Below are positions 46,355 to 56,388 of a stretch of 64,000 nt of DNA, one piece after another. Numbering within the stretch: the first letter of the stretch is position 1; each line of letters starts with the position of its first letter. The stretch comes from a virus (taxonomy: Duplodnaviria > Caudoviricetes). A program made the position numbers and the translations under genes. The stretch lies in IMG/VR virus record IMGVR_UViG_2919425241_000002, positions 1 through 64,000 of that record; one strand, given 5' to 3'. Below the pieces are notes generated by a model that was given only the letters and a program-made list of their open reading frames with translations, was not told the DNA's origin and searched no databases.

Positions 46355-47447
46355 TCGTGTTTGCCTCCTTTATTCCTTTGAAAATGTGGGAGATCACATC
46401 CACCGTCCATCCATTTCCGAGCATCTTGTAACGCTGTGTGTTGCTCACACAATCCGTGTAACCATCGGGAACAGTTTGGAGTCGTTCGCATTCCAAAGGT
46501 GTTATGTATCGATAGGCGAAATCCTCAGCCAACACACGCTCATAGTGTTCAAATGGAACAACAACGTTATCTTTTTGAACTGTTGTTAGACAATTAGACT
46601 TGCCGTCATTCCGGAACTCGATATACTGAACTGTTTTCCCTTGACCATCTTTCCAATTCCCATCATCAATGTAACGGCCTCGCATAGCTGCAATGGCTTG
46701 TCTTTGAACACCATTTTCTATTCCGTTATCTAAAATTCCGAAAAATCTCTGAGAGGAGTAGTTTTTATGATGTGACGCCTCAAGCATTTGCATTTTTTCG
46801 TGATCCTCATGAACCTTCAATACCTTTTGTTTTCTATATCCATGACGTTCCATCCATTGCAAAGCCTTTTCGGTGTAATAGTACCGTTCAGCTTCAACCC
46901 CTCGCTCTCTTACATCTCCCCATGTGATACCTCTGTCCTCTGGTTGAACTAATCCAGGTATGTTCGTCCAATACAAACGAACTCGATTTTGAGCGGAAAC
47001 AAGAGAGGAGTTAATAACTACCGGTTCTACCCCGAGATATTTAGTGATGACTGCTTCGGATTCTTTTTTCATCTTCACGTTTTCGAGTAAGAAGTATTTC
47101 GGTTTCACTGTCTCCAATAGCCGAACATATTCGAAAAACAATCGGCTACGAGGATCATCAAAGTTTAATAACTTACCTGCGAAGCTGAACCCTTGGCATG
47201 GGCTGCCACCTATCATTAAGTCAATCTTAGGAAGGTCGGAACATCTCACATTTCTTATGTCACCGATTTGGATAGTATCAGGATAGTTTGTTGTTGCCAC
47301 TTTGATGGCGTGCGGGTCTATCTCACTCGCGAAATACTTTGATACCTTTATCCCAGCACGTTCTAAAGCTATACGACCACAACTCATTCCATCGAAAAGG
47401 CTAAGCACATTCATTCCATTTATCAGAGAGTTGGTGAGTGTATTCAA
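46284..47447 (-). CDS. DNA (cytosine-5) methyltransferase
   Basis: LSLFDG, GGSPCQ, LLENV, QNRVR, ECERLQ, LGNGW. Confidence 0.95.
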   Translation of the reverse strand: MNTLTNSLINGMNVLSLFDGMSCGRIALERAGIKVSKYFASEIDPHAIKVATTNYPDTIQIGDIRNVRCSDLPKIDLMIGGSPCQGFSFAGKLLNFDDPRSRLFFEYVRLLETVKPKYFLLENVKMKKESEAVITKYLGVEPVVINSSLVSAQNRVRLYWTNIPGLVQPEDRGITWGDVRERGVEAERYYYTEKALQWMERHGYRKQKVLKVHEDHEKMQMLEASHHKNYSSQRFFGILDNGIENGVQRQAIAAMRGRYIDDGNWKDGQGKTVQYIEFRNDGKSNCLTTVQKDNVVVPFEHYERVLAEDFAYRYITPLECERLQTVPDGYTDCVSNTQRYKMLGNGWTVDVISHIFKGIKEANTSGTTNSYSKTYPLSLQMPEMLLS

Positions 47448-47800
47448 GAAACCACCCCTCTTTGTCGCAACACAATAAGATGCATCTCATTCTGCTGCCG
47501 AATAAACTCCTCAGCATATAAACCTACATCTTCACCAACAAGAGTCTCCTTGCCAGCTGCCCGGACCATACTGACCAATCCTTGCCCAGATTCGAAGAAT
47601 GCTTTCAGCGCTGCCTCTTTATCAACTGGCGGCTTGCATAGTTCATCGATCAGAGTGTCCAATGCTTCAAGCGTTTTGCGCCGCGCCTTCTCTTCGTCGT
47701 GACCTGTTTCTACGTTGCTGAATGTAATGGTGATGGATTTCATAAAGCCTCCTTTACAGCCAGTCTGGAGTATCATCTTCCACCCTATCTGGCTGTTCAT
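47444..47800 (-). CDS. Hypothetical protein (likely start MKSITI, near 47743)
   Basis: AAAGGAGG SD before the internal ATG. Confidence 0.55.
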   Translation of the reverse strand: MNSQIGWKMILQTGCKGGFMKSITITFSNVETGHDEEKARRKTLEALDTLIDELCKPPVDKEAALKAFFESGQGLVSMVRAAGKETLVGEDVGLYAEEFIRQQNEMHLIVLRQRGVVS

Positions 47801-48125
47801 GTAATCCTGAGTTACTTTTAACTTCTGATTTGATATTTTCCGTTACGTCATGGACAGACGTATCCCTTTGCTCTGTTTTTACATCTGCCACAACCCACCC
47901 AAGTTGCTCATAGATAGTTCGGACTCCCGGGTATTGCTTGCAGTACTGAGCCCGATCGTAAGCCTTCATGATGCGAACCATCTCATCATAAGCAGCAACT
48001 AAACGGGTTCTCTCTGCACTATCTGGCATGTCTTCAATAACGATTGAGGCTTTAATGATCCTGCTTTGCATGAGTTGCCGTTCTTCATCATTCGTCACCT
48101 GATTAACCCTGCTCAATAACATCAC
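47754..48125 (-). CDS. Hypothetical protein
   Basis: ORF in operon after the helicase. Confidence 0.55.
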   Translation of the reverse strand: MMLLSRVNQVTNDEERQLMQSRIIKASIVIEDMPDSAERTRLVAAYDEMVRIMKAYDRAQYCKQYPGVRTIYEQLGWVVADVKTEQRDTSVHDVTENIKSEVKSNSGLHEQPDRVEDDTPDWL

Positions 48126-49500
48126 CCGCCTTTTCCTGGTGCGAGCGGTCTAGGTTGGCGAACTTTCCATATTGCTTTAGGAATGCAAGCTCTACAGTTC
48201 CCAACGGGCCATTACGATGCTTTGCAATGATCATTTCAACAATGTTTTTCTTCGTGCTTTCCTTGTCGTAGTAATCATCCCGATAAAGAAAAGCTACAAT
48301 GTCAGCATCTTGTTCAATGGAACCCGATTCTCTTAAGTCCGACATCATTGGACGCTTATCTTGCCTTTGCTCGACACCTCGGCTGAGCTGGGATAGGGCA
48401 ATGACTGGGACATTCAAATCCCTTGCAATCTGCTTCAGTTCTCTAGATATTTCCGATACTTCCTCTTGCCGGTTCCCTCTGCCTCCACCTTTGCTGCCAT
48501 TACCTGAGATAAGCTGCAGATAGTCGATGACGATCAAACCGAGACTTCCATGTTGCTTCACTAGTTCCCGACATTTCGCCCGGATGTCATGCACCGTAAC
48601 AGTTGGTGTATCCTCGATAAAAATTCTCGCTTGTGCAAGTGAACTCATTGCCCCGCTCATCTTCTCCCAATCATCGCCTTCAAAAAATCCGGTTTTCATC
48701 TTCTCAGCATCGATATGTCCCTCAGTACTCATCATGCGCGTTACTAGCTGCTCTGCTCCCATTTCGAGGGAGAAGATTGCTACTACCTCATCGGCTGCTA
48801 CACCTATCTTCTGAGCGATATTAAGGGCGAATGCTGTCTTTCCCACTGATGGCCGGGCAGCTAGAATGATAAGGTCAGATCGCTGGAGACCCTTTGTCAT
48901 CTTATCGAGGTCATTAAAACCAGTGGGGATGCCAGTTATCCCTTTTGACTCATGCCGGTTCTTATAACGTTCTTCTGACTGGTCCCATACATTGAGCAGA
49001 ACCTTTCTAATTGGTTTGAACGTGGTGGCCGGCTTATCTTGTTCCCTGATCTTTGCAGCATACTTCTCAGCTTGGGAGGCGAACTCAGTTACGTCCTGAT
49101 CCTGTACAGACTTATCAAGCAGGTCAGCTGCATATTCAATGGCTTGACGTTTACGGTGCATTTCCTTAATTCGTCTGATGTAGTGATCGACGTTGGATAA
49201 CTTTCCGACAGCAGAGGCCAGGTTAGATAAGAATGTTACCCCGCCAACTGTTTGCAGCTTATTGGAGTCTTGTAGGCGTGATGTGAGTGTAATTAGGTCT
49301 AGCGGATCCTTAGCATCTACAACCTCTCCCATGGCTTTATAAACGGTTTTGAGAGCCGGATTAATGAACTCTTCACCATTCAATCTCTCACTGACCGACT
49401 CGAAAAGCGATGAGTTTACAAGGATCGCGCCGACAACCCCGTTTTCACTCGCCTCGTCATATGGCATATCGATACCGAGCGTGTCTATGATGTTTTTCAT
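48103..49500 (-). CDS. dnaB: Replicative DnaB-family helicase (phage)
   Basis: AARPSVGKT, FSLEM, VIDYLQL, LSQLSR, DLRESGSIEQDAD, KHRNG. Confidence 0.97.
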   Translation of the reverse strand: MKNIIDTLGIDMPYDEASENGVVGAILVNSSLFESVSERLNGEEFINPALKTVYKAMGEVVDAKDPLDLITLTSRLQDSNKLQTVGGVTFLSNLASAVGKLSNVDHYIRRIKEMHRKRQAIEYAADLLDKSVQDQDVTEFASQAEKYAAKIREQDKPATTFKPIRKVLLNVWDQSEERYKNRHESKGITGIPTGFNDLDKMTKGLQRSDLIILAARPSVGKTAFALNIAQKIGVAADEVVAIFSLEMGAEQLVTRMMSTEGHIDAEKMKTGFFEGDDWEKMSGAMSSLAQARIFIEDTPTVTVHDIRAKCRELVKQHGSLGLIVIDYLQLISGNGSKGGGRGNRQEEVSEISRELKQIARDLNVPVIALSQLSRGVEQRQDKRPMMSDLRESGSIEQDADIVAFLYRDDYYDKESTKKNIVEMIIAKHRNGPLGTVELAFLKQYGKFANLDRSHQEKAGDVIEQG

Positions 49501-49848
49501 GTTCCTTCACCTGCTATTCGCGCTCTGACATCTTTCCAGAAGTTATCCGGGGGCGGTTCATCCTTGGCAGACCATGAATCCAGCTGCAAGAAATGCATTT
49601 CCGTCTGAAGCCTCAATTGCTTATTTGTGTCGATCTTTCTTTTCTTCACGATGTCGGCAATATCAGGGAAGAATTTCTCGTTATCGATGTGGCGATTCAA
49701 ATTTTCAAGTGCGACGATCGGATCAGTATAAGCTAAGCGTTCAATCCAAATTTGCAAAGTTGCCGGACTGGCTTTAAAATCTGGCGCCTTATTCGGGTAG
49801 GCCGCGACCGCCTTCGCCAATAAGAGTCTGACTTCTTGTTCTGTCAAT
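49497..49848 (-). CDS. Helicase loader/inhibitor (G39P-like); start revised to MTEQEV
   Basis: AAYP, W...L, EKFFPDIADI; lies between initiator and helicase. Confidence 0.75.
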
Positions 49849-50709
49849 TGTTCCACCGCCCATATTACCAAGTAAGAAGTCGACGTTATCTGCAACTTTT
49901 GATTTCTTCTCCGCCACTAAGCCCTCGGGATCGACCACTGAATAATCTTCATACCTTTTCTGATTGAGGTAAGTCGAAGGGTGAGGTATGAAATTCGTTT
50001 TTGTTTCAAGGAGTTTACATGTCTCAGCAAAGTTGATTGTATTAGAGATAATACGTGCTGCATCGAATCCTTTTTCTTTGCTCAGTTTATCCCATGATTT
50101 TCTTGCTGCAGCTTTTGATATTCTTCTTGGGTAATTACTATAAAAGTAATTGAATATATACTCGTTACTCTTATCTTTAAATAATTTATTTAAAGATCTT
50201 TTTCTTTTAATGGGGTCACAATCGTATACCTCAAAGTAACCATTTTCCTTACTTTGAGGGTCATGATCGTATACCTCTGGAGGGTTACAATCGTATACCT
50301 CAAGATTTGTGTTTGGAGGGTCACAATCATGTACCTCCAACTCATCGAACAAATCAACTTGACCTGTCTTTTTCACGGACTCACTTCCTTTCGGAACCAT
50401 CCAATCTTCGTAATTTTTATTGAACCCTAACATGCGACCCTCTGTGTTCGTTTCTTCTTTTGTGACAATGAGAACCTTGGATTTGATAAGTGCAGCGACC
50501 TCTTTTTTTACGGTGCTCTTTGCCAGCTTGGTTGTCATTTGAATGAAGCTGATTGCAAATTCGTGATCCTTCTTGCCATATCCGTATGTCTGCCGCCATA
50601 TCTTCATAATGATCCGAAGCTGAGCCCCGTTGAGATTGTACTGGCATATCTGATCTAGAATCTCATTAGCAACCGGTGTGAATCCTTTTTCCTTTTGCGG
50701 GCTTGCCAT
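49789..50709 (-). CDS. Phage replication initiator (lambda O-like N-terminus)
   Basis: MASPQ.EKGFT.VANE, IWRQTYG, FNKNYEDW; C-terminal YPRR..K..A, IPHPSTYLNQ.RY. Confidence 0.9.
   Translation of the reverse strand: MASPQKEKGFTPVANEILDQICQYNLNGAQLRIIMKIWRQTYGYGKKDHEFAISFIQMTTKLAKSTVKKEVAALIKSKVLIVTKEETNTEGRMLGFNKNYEDWMVPKGSESVKKTGQVDLFDELEVHDCDPPNTNLEVYDCNPPEVYDHDPQSKENGYFEVYDCDPIKRKRSLNKLFKDKSNEYIFNYFYSNYPRRISKAAARKSWDKLSKEKGFDAARIISNTINFAETCKLLETKTNFIPHPSTYLNQKRYEDYSVVDPEGLVAEKKSKVADNVDFLLGNMGGGTIDRTRSQTLIGEGGRGLPE
50213..50337. repeat. Four iterons (replication origin) inside the initiator gene
   Basis: GGGT(C/T)A(C/T)(A/G)ATC(G/A)T(A/G)TACCTC x4, next to an AT-rich tract at 50140-50210. 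Confidence 0.85.
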
Positions 50710-50722
50710 TCACCTCACCCAC

Positions 50723-51346
50723 TTACTGAGTCGCATGATCCTCACGAATGATTTCTGAAACACGCTCAGTTATACATTTTGTTAGATGCTCATCGGATTC
50801 CTGAACGTCTGGAAAATCAAGTTGCTTCCATTCTTTATGAATTGCTCGAATAGCCGCCTCAATTTTACTCTCCAATGTCTCTATCGTGTAATCATTCACT
50901 AGAGCTTTCAGGAATAGGTCGCCGCCGCCGTTATCGTGAATAAATTCTTTAATTGTTAAAGATTGTTGATTGAAACCATCTCGCTCAACTCCAAATAAAT
51001 ACTTCACAAAATCAATATTTCGATAACCGCAAGAGCGGAAATATTCAATCGCATCCGCTACATCTAACGGAATTACAACCGGCTTCTGTCTCTCAAGTTC
51101 GCGCTCGATTTGCTTAAGCAGAAGAACCCTTTCTTCTTCAAGAACTTCGATGTTTCCGACCATTTCACTCAAAGTTGTTCCCAAGATAACAATGTCACAG
51201 TGCTCGGATTTAATCGTTTTTCCAGCATGAACACCTTTTCCACGAACATAGTAATGGCTTGTTCCTGCAGGTTCTACGAAGAATTGTTCATTCAACATTC
51301 CTTTATACCAGTTATCGTTTTCCCATCTCTGAATTATTGCCTTCAT
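50723..51346 (-). CDS. Hypothetical protein (DUF1642-like C-terminal part)
   Basis: KPVVIP..VADAIE, ALVNDYTIE. Confidence 0.55.
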   Translation of the reverse strand: MKAIIQRWENDNWYKGMLNEQFFVEPAGTSHYYVRGKGVHAGKTIKSEHCDIVILGTTLSEMVGNIEVLEEERVLLLKQIERELERQKPVVIPLDVADAIEYFRSCGYRNIDFVKYLFGVERDGFNQQSLTIKEFIHDNGGGDLFLKALVNDYTIETLESKIEAAIRAIHKEWKQLDFPDVQESDEHLTKCITERVSEIIREDHATQ

Positions 51347-52110
51347 TCACTGCACACCTCCAAATGATAATGATGTCCTTCTTTTAATCCTTTTTCCCTA
51401 AGAACTCGCATGACTTCTGCCCGGGCATGCATCGGTGTATTGTTGCTGTTGGATAAGTGGGTAAGGTATATCTTCTCGCCTTTGCCTTTAACCAGTTTGC
51501 TAAGAGCTGCTGCTGTCTGCTGATTACTTAAGTGGCCGATATCGGAAAGGATTCGGGTTTGGGTGCTGATCGGGTAGTTAGATGCTAGGACTAAATCTGG
51601 ATGATGATTTGCTTCGATAATATAGATGTCTGAGTCGGCCATTGCTTCTAGCATGTCATTATCTACTTTACCGGTGTCCAAGCAAACACTAACCTTCTCA
51701 CCACATGATCCCTTGATTGCGTACCCTAGAGGGTTATAGGCGTCATGATGAGTATTGAATGCAACCACTTGGAACCATCCATCATCACATGAGCCACCTA
51801 ATAGAACACTTGAGTAATCGTCGATATCATTTTTTAATTCTTCATCAACAGTCGAGATGTCTTTCCATTCCTCTTCACCTGCGAACACCGGAATGCGGTA
51901 CTTATTAGAAAGCGGCAAGCCTTTAATATGGTCACCATGAGCGTGGGTGATGAATATTCCTGTTAGTTCCCCAGGTATAATTCCATTATCAATCAGGCGC
52001 TGCTCGATCTTCGTCTTGGCAATGCCGGCATCGATTAAGATGCTCGTGCTACCGCTCTGAAGATGAATGCAGTTACCATTGGATCCGGAGGCGATGATGT
52101 TAACTTTCAT
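51343..52110 (-). CDS. MBL-fold metallohydrolase (YycJ/WalJ-like exonuclease)
   Basis: IASGSNGN, THAHGDH, HDA, DTG, EANH, GHLSN. Confidence 0.92.
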   Translation of the reverse strand: MKVNIIASGSNGNCIHLQSGSTSILIDAGIAKTKIEQRLIDNGIIPGELTGIFITHAHGDHIKGLPLSNKYRIPVFAGEEEWKDISTVDEELKNDIDDYSSVLLGGSCDDGWFQVVAFNTHHDAYNPLGYAIKGSCGEKVSVCLDTGKVDNDMLEAMADSDIYIIEANHHPDLVLASNYPISTQTRILSDIGHLSNQQTAAALSKLVKGKGEKIYLTHLSNSNNTPMHARAEVMRVLREKGLKEGHHYHLEVCSE

Positions 52111-52112
52111 TG

Positions 52113-52997
52113 CTATTCCTCCAAGTTGAGTGGCTCTTCGTTATCTGCAATCTTCTGATCAAGCATCAAGACTGCGCCTTGCAACTCAGCAAGAGTCGGT
52201 ACCTTCGGATCCTTGAAAGTGATTTTGTTATCTTTCAGGTACTGATTTCTTGCTGCTTTATCTGTAATCCCTAACTGATTGAACCGGTCGTTAATAGCAT
52301 TCATTGCTTGTTTCACTGGATCGACTTTGGGTTCTTCAATTACTGTAGCTGGCGGAGTGTTGGTGTGAGTCGCTTCACTTGTGATGTCTTTACGTTGCGG
52401 AGTTTCTTGAGATTGGCTCAAGTCTAGGTTGTTTTGTGTGGCATATTCATCCTCACTGATTTCAACACCATACTGTCGTTTGAAGGCCCGCTTGATTGCA
52501 TGTTTTACAATCATGTCATCGAAATAACTGGTCCACATATCCTTATTCCGACCCTTAGTAAGGTGATCCACTTGATCGTTCGTAATGATTACCGCGATAT
52601 TCGGAGCACCTTCACGATACGCAACACAATAAGCTCCAACCGTCTTTCCACGCGTCATGGAAATAATCCGGTGCTTAGGCTCTCCAGTAACCATGTCGAT
52701 CTCAAAGTCGTCGTTTTCTTTCACTTCCGAAGCAATGAAGCCTTTGTACTGAGGATGTCGTTTACCGAGTGCTACAATGCCTTCGACGGAAATTTGGATG
52801 GACATTTGCGGACCGTACTTTTCGCTTTGATAAACAATGCAGTGAATTTGATTAAGGAATGGATTGAGTCCAGCGGCAGCAGCTGTCCGAGCGAAGAGAT
52901 TAAATTGAGCATCCGTCGTGCCCTTAGCGATCGTGTTTTTGATAGTGTCCAGTTCTGCTTGCGTGAAATCTCCAATTACTTGTACCTGAGTTGACAT
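52113..52997 (-). CDS. RecT/Bet-family single-strand annealing protein
   Basis: GLNPFLNQI, VKENDDF, GAYC, DMIVKHAIKRA. Confidence 0.85.
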   Translation of the reverse strand: MSTQVQVIGDFTQAELDTIKNTIAKGTTDAQFNLFARTAAAAGLNPFLNQIHCIVYQSEKYGPQMSIQISVEGIVALGKRHPQYKGFIASEVKENDDFEIDMVTGEPKHRIISMTRGKTVGAYCVAYREGAPNIAVIITNDQVDHLTKGRNKDMWTSYFDDMIVKHAIKRAFKRQYGVEISEDEYATQNNLDLSQSQETPQRKDITSEATHTNTPPATVIEEPKVDPVKQAMNAINDRFNQLGITDKAARNQYLKDNKITFKDPKVPTLAELQGAVLMLDQKIADNEEPLNLEE

Positions 52998-53000
52998 ATG

Positions 53001-53246
53001 TTAAATCCTCCCTAATTTAAGTTCTTGTTGCTTTGTCTGAGCGTTAAGCAAATTCAACTTTCTTTGTTTTTGAATCAATATTTTTAATGACCTGCTCGTT
53101 AATTCGATTTTCTTCAGGTAACCTGAGACAGTTCTCTGGCTAACACCTAAAATTTTCGCAATTTCATGTGTGCTGTACTCACGGTGAACATATAAAACAA
53201 AAACCTTCAGCGACAGACTTGCCATCTGGTTCTTCATATGTGTCAC
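53001..53246 (-). CDS. Small HTH protein (sigma70 r4-like)
   Basis: STHEIAKILGVSQRTVSGYL. Confidence 0.7.
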   Translation of the reverse strand: MTHMKNQMASLSLKVFVLYVHREYSTHEIAKILGVSQRTVSGYLKKIELTSRSLKILIQKQRKLNLLNAQTKQQELKLGRI

Positions 53247-53722
53247 CCAAAGAGACTAATAACGATTAATGCGATAAACGTTATTACTAGGTAGAAGATA
53301 AGACTCAGAAATAATGCGTTCTTAATGCCCCGCGCTACACTCAGTGGGTCCTCTTCAGTCTCTGACTTCACTTCAACCATATCAAGCGGCATGCCCACCG
53401 ACTTAAGTACCCCCGTCTCTAGAATTGCTTGTATGGACGATAGAGCGAAGATCAGGCCTACATAGAAGGTTATGGTCGGTGCTATGAGATAGGATCCAAT
53501 GAGGACCGCTGAAACCCATATCCCTGCGCACCAGTAACAGTTCATAACACTGCCGATGAAGCGTCTTATAAAACCACCTTGGAGAGTATAAGTAAACTGA
53601 TAATCAATGAAGTCCCGTGTTACAAAGTTATTTCTTACTGGTTCGAAAATCTTGTCATAGACGATGAGGTGAGTGATTCGGTAAACCGCAAGTGCCAGGA
53701 TGATGAATGTTAGAATGGTCAT
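53243..53722 (-). CDS. DUF1360-family membrane protein
   Basis: LAVYRITHLIVYDKIFEPVR, CYWCAGIWVS. Confidence 0.8.
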   Translation of the reverse strand: MTILTFIILALAVYRITHLIVYDKIFEPVRNNFVTRDFIDYQFTYTLQGGFIRRFIGSVMNCYWCAGIWVSAVLIGSYLIAPTITFYVGLIFALSSIQAILETGVLKSVGMPLDMVEVKSETEEDPLSVARGIKNALFLSLIFYLVITFIALIVISLFG

Positions 53723-55281
53723 GCAATAACCTCCGTTTCAATTTTCAGTTCCTGATCCGGCACCGCGCGTCCTGTGATGAGTTGCCCATACACCGCGACT
53801 TTGCCAGTGAAGGATTCAATCCCATCCACAAACGTCGGCACAATTAACTCGCTTTGCTTATAAAGTACATCCGATAGTTCTAAGCCGGCGCCGATCTTCT
53901 CACCCGCGGATAAGGTCGGATAGTCCTTACCATCCATCTGGATGACGAAAGCAGGCTTATATTCACCTGTGGAAGCGACATAATCGAACAATCGAACAGA
54001 TAATGTGGTGAAAAGTTCTTGCACCTTGCTCACCTGGAGCTCAGCTTCCTTGGCCTTAAATGCTTTGATTGCATCAAGTACAAAGATTGAGTCATTCTTG
54101 GCTTTGAGATAATCAACCTCATTTTGCTTCGCTTTCTCCAACTCAGCAGCCGCTTTTGACCGTGTGATGTCTGCCTGCAGGATAGAGTTAATTTCACCGA
54201 TACGGCTAATCAAGTCTGCAACAGAATAGTTCGGGCCTTCCATTTCCGGCAAGGCTTCAAGTTGAGCAACGAGATCCTTCTTATGTGCGAGCATGTCGTT
54301 CACTCTTTTGGCTATGCCGTTCACCATAGTCTTCTTATTTCCGAGCGATGTCGCCTTAGCTTCTTCCGTCAACTCTTGGCCGCAGGAATTGCATGTCGTA
54401 CTAATCTCATTCGCTTTTGTTCTTGCATGATCTGCCTTGCCATCAAGGATCCGTTGGGATAGCTGATCGATCTGCATTTGAAGTCGGCTCCGCTGATTCT
54501 CCCATTGTGTAACCTTTGATTTATCAGCCTCATAAGACTGAATCTTTCTATCAAGCTCTTCGCCTTCAGTTTGCAATGCTTCTCTGTCAATCTCAGCAGC
54601 AGGACCCAGCGCTTTAAGCTGATCTGAGAGTGTTTTGACGCTTCCTTGTGACTGAATATGTAGCTTGTCGTTTTTACCCTTTAGGTCTGTGTACTTCTTC
54701 TCCAGGTCGGCAATTGAATGTTTTTTGAGTTCATCCATGAGCCGAAGTGCGTGAGGGTTAAGAACAATTTCTTTGTCTTTCTGATCCGAAGATGTGCGAG
54801 ACATCGCTTTGAAAACTTCGGTGTTTGTAGGCGCCGATACATGCTGCATAACCTGTTCCCGTTGCTTCTGCCAATGTTGAGTGAAGAAGAAGCCCGGACT
54901 GTAGAGCGCTAGGAACTGCTCTTTGCTGAATAAACCTGCCACATGAGCCTCGAATTCTTTAGCTTTCATAGGCACTTGATTCACATAGAACTTATTTGTA
55001 CCGCCGATAATCTCACGGGCTAGCGTTTGTTCAACTCCAGCGACAGTGAGCGTCAGAGAACCGTATACGCGGTCAAATGGACGGTCAGTAGGCGAAGGAT
55101 CGAACTTACCTCCGGTTAAGTCGCACCCCCAAAAGATCCAAACAGGAGCTCCGCCGATGGAGGATTTGCCTTGACCGTTCTTTCCAGTAAGCTTTGTGAC
55201 GTCGCCAAAGTTGACTGTGATTTCGTCGTGTCCGGTGTAACTGATAAGGTGGAGTGAGACGAATTTTATTGTTTTAGGCAT
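53719..55281 (-). CDS. SbcC/Rad50-like ATPase
   Basis: GKNGQGKSS, CNSCGQ zinc hook, LSAGE, FVDGIES. Confidence 0.88.
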   Translation of the reverse strand: MPKTIKFVSLHLISYTGHDEITVNFGDVTKLTGKNGQGKSSIGGAPVWIFWGCDLTGGKFDPSPTDRPFDRVYGSLTLTVAGVEQTLAREIIGGTNKFYVNQVPMKAKEFEAHVAGLFSKEQFLALYSPGFFFTQHWQKQREQVMQHVSAPTNTEVFKAMSRTSSDQKDKEIVLNPHALRLMDELKKHSIADLEKKYTDLKGKNDKLHIQSQGSVKTLSDQLKALGPAAEIDREALQTEGEELDRKIQSYEADKSKVTQWENQRSRLQMQIDQLSQRILDGKADHARTKANEISTTCNSCGQELTEEAKATSLGNKKTMVNGIAKRVNDMLAHKKDLVAQLEALPEMEGPNYSVADLISRIGEINSILQADITRSKAAAELEKAKQNEVDYLKAKNDSIFVLDAIKAFKAKEAELQVSKVQELFTTLSVRLFDYVASTGEYKPAFVIQMDGKDYPTLSAGEKIGAGLELSDVLYKQSELIVPTFVDGIESFTGKVAVYGQLITGRAVPDQELKIETEVIA

Positions 55282-55802
55282 TGATTTACCTCTCTTTCTT
55301 TTCCGGACGCCACCTCATGAAAGGAGGCAGTCAATGGCAATACTACTTTTATTTCTTGAACCATTTCTTTAGCCATTCTCATTACGAGAGATAGTCGTGT
55401 ATTTGCTAAAACGTAATATTCCATGAACCCACCAACATTCACGATCCCCATTAGATGATAGTCACCAACCTTAGGGAGGTCTTCTCTGTTCACTCCAGAA
55501 CCCGGTTGTATCGAGCCTCTTTGATACTTGATTTTCCCTACAGATGTCACTAGACCGAGGCCAGAATCGATTGCTATGACTGTTTTGTTTGGTTTCAACT
55601 CTTCCAGCCGCTCATTTAGGTTCATACCGTGAGCAGGATTTTCTAGTGTCCCAATAACGTCATATCCTAGGTCACTGAGGAACGTACCTACTAAAGGTCC
55701 AAGAGAATCACCGGTTGAGCGGTCTGTTCCAATACAAACGAATGTGACGTCGGTAGCATTTAATTCTTTGGGAAGTAGCTCATTCAAGTTCACACCGCAC
55801 AC
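55266..55802 (-). CDS. yyaC: Spore protease YyaC family (DUF1256)
   Basis: CIGTDRSTGDSLGPLVG, GTLENPAH, IAIDSGLG, GIVNVGGFMEY..L.NTRLSLV. Confidence 0.9.
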   Translation of the reverse strand: MCGVNLNELLPKELNATDVTFVCIGTDRSTGDSLGPLVGTFLSDLGYDVIGTLENPAHGMNLNERLEELKPNKTVIAIDSGLGLVTSVGKIKYQRGSIQPGSGVNREDLPKVGDYHLMGIVNVGGFMEYYVLANTRLSLVMRMAKEMVQEIKVVLPLTASFHEVASGKEREVNQCLKQ

Positions 55803-55970
55803 TCTCCCTCATATTGAATTCCAAGATCTTTTTCTATTTGATAAATCTCGCCGCGCAGCCAATCCTTTGCAGCTTCCAGAACAACGCCGCTGTTTAGGAA
55901 TTTATGAAGCTGACAAGATGGTTGATGGATTCGGATGTGTGGTTATCGATACCCATTTGGAAGACTCCTT

Positions 55971-56222
55971 TCATATCATCTGAGCTTCAAGCTCTTCAAT
56001 TTGAATGCAGATTTCTTGGACCCATCTCATGTCACCGGCAACCTGAGCTTCTAAAGCTAGGCTTTTTAGGCTGTCATGCTTCCAGACAAGTTCCATGTTT
56101 TTCTTAAGAAGTTGAATGACTCTCATAGTTGCGACCGAATCCAATTCAAGGATTCCTTCTTCGTTCGTATTCATAAAAGCAATTTCTGCCATCTTACGGT
56201 GAACTTCGTGAATACCAATCAT
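55971..56222 (-). CDS. Hypothetical phage protein
   Basis: AGAGGA SD; VHRKMAE, LA..AGD..W. Confidence 0.65.
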   Translation of the reverse strand: MIGIHEVHRKMAEIAFMNTNEEGILELDSVATMRVIQLLKKNMELVWKHDSLKSLALEAQVAGDMRWVQEICIQIEELEAQMI

Positions 56223-56246
56223 GAGAACACATCCTCTTTTTAAGTT

Positions 56247-56387
56247 TTAGAAGGAGTTGTACCAGAGCCACGCTGCTACAGCGCCGGCAATGACTACGAG
56301 TAAACCTTGAGCATCGGAGTAACTGGAGCTTTCGATAGTAACGCGGCTGCCGGGTTCAATATCTTGGCCATTTATTTTGATGCGCAT
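56247..56387 (-). CDS. 46-aa membrane peptide (MRIKINGQDIEPG...WLWYNSF)
   Basis: Starts 1 nt after the upstream stop; C-terminal TM helix. Confidence 0.5.
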   Translation of the reverse strand: MRIKINGQDIEPGSRVTIESSSYSDAQGLLVVIAGAVAAWLWYNSF

Positions 56388-56388
56388 A

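Noticed and set aside
46284-47447. Restriction-modification system
   Set aside because: The methyltransferase is an orphan in the replication operon with no adjacent cognate endonuclease
50213-50337. Direct repeats as a mini CRISPR array
   Set aside because: Irregular short spacing, located within the initiator CDS and no cas genes; they fit iterons
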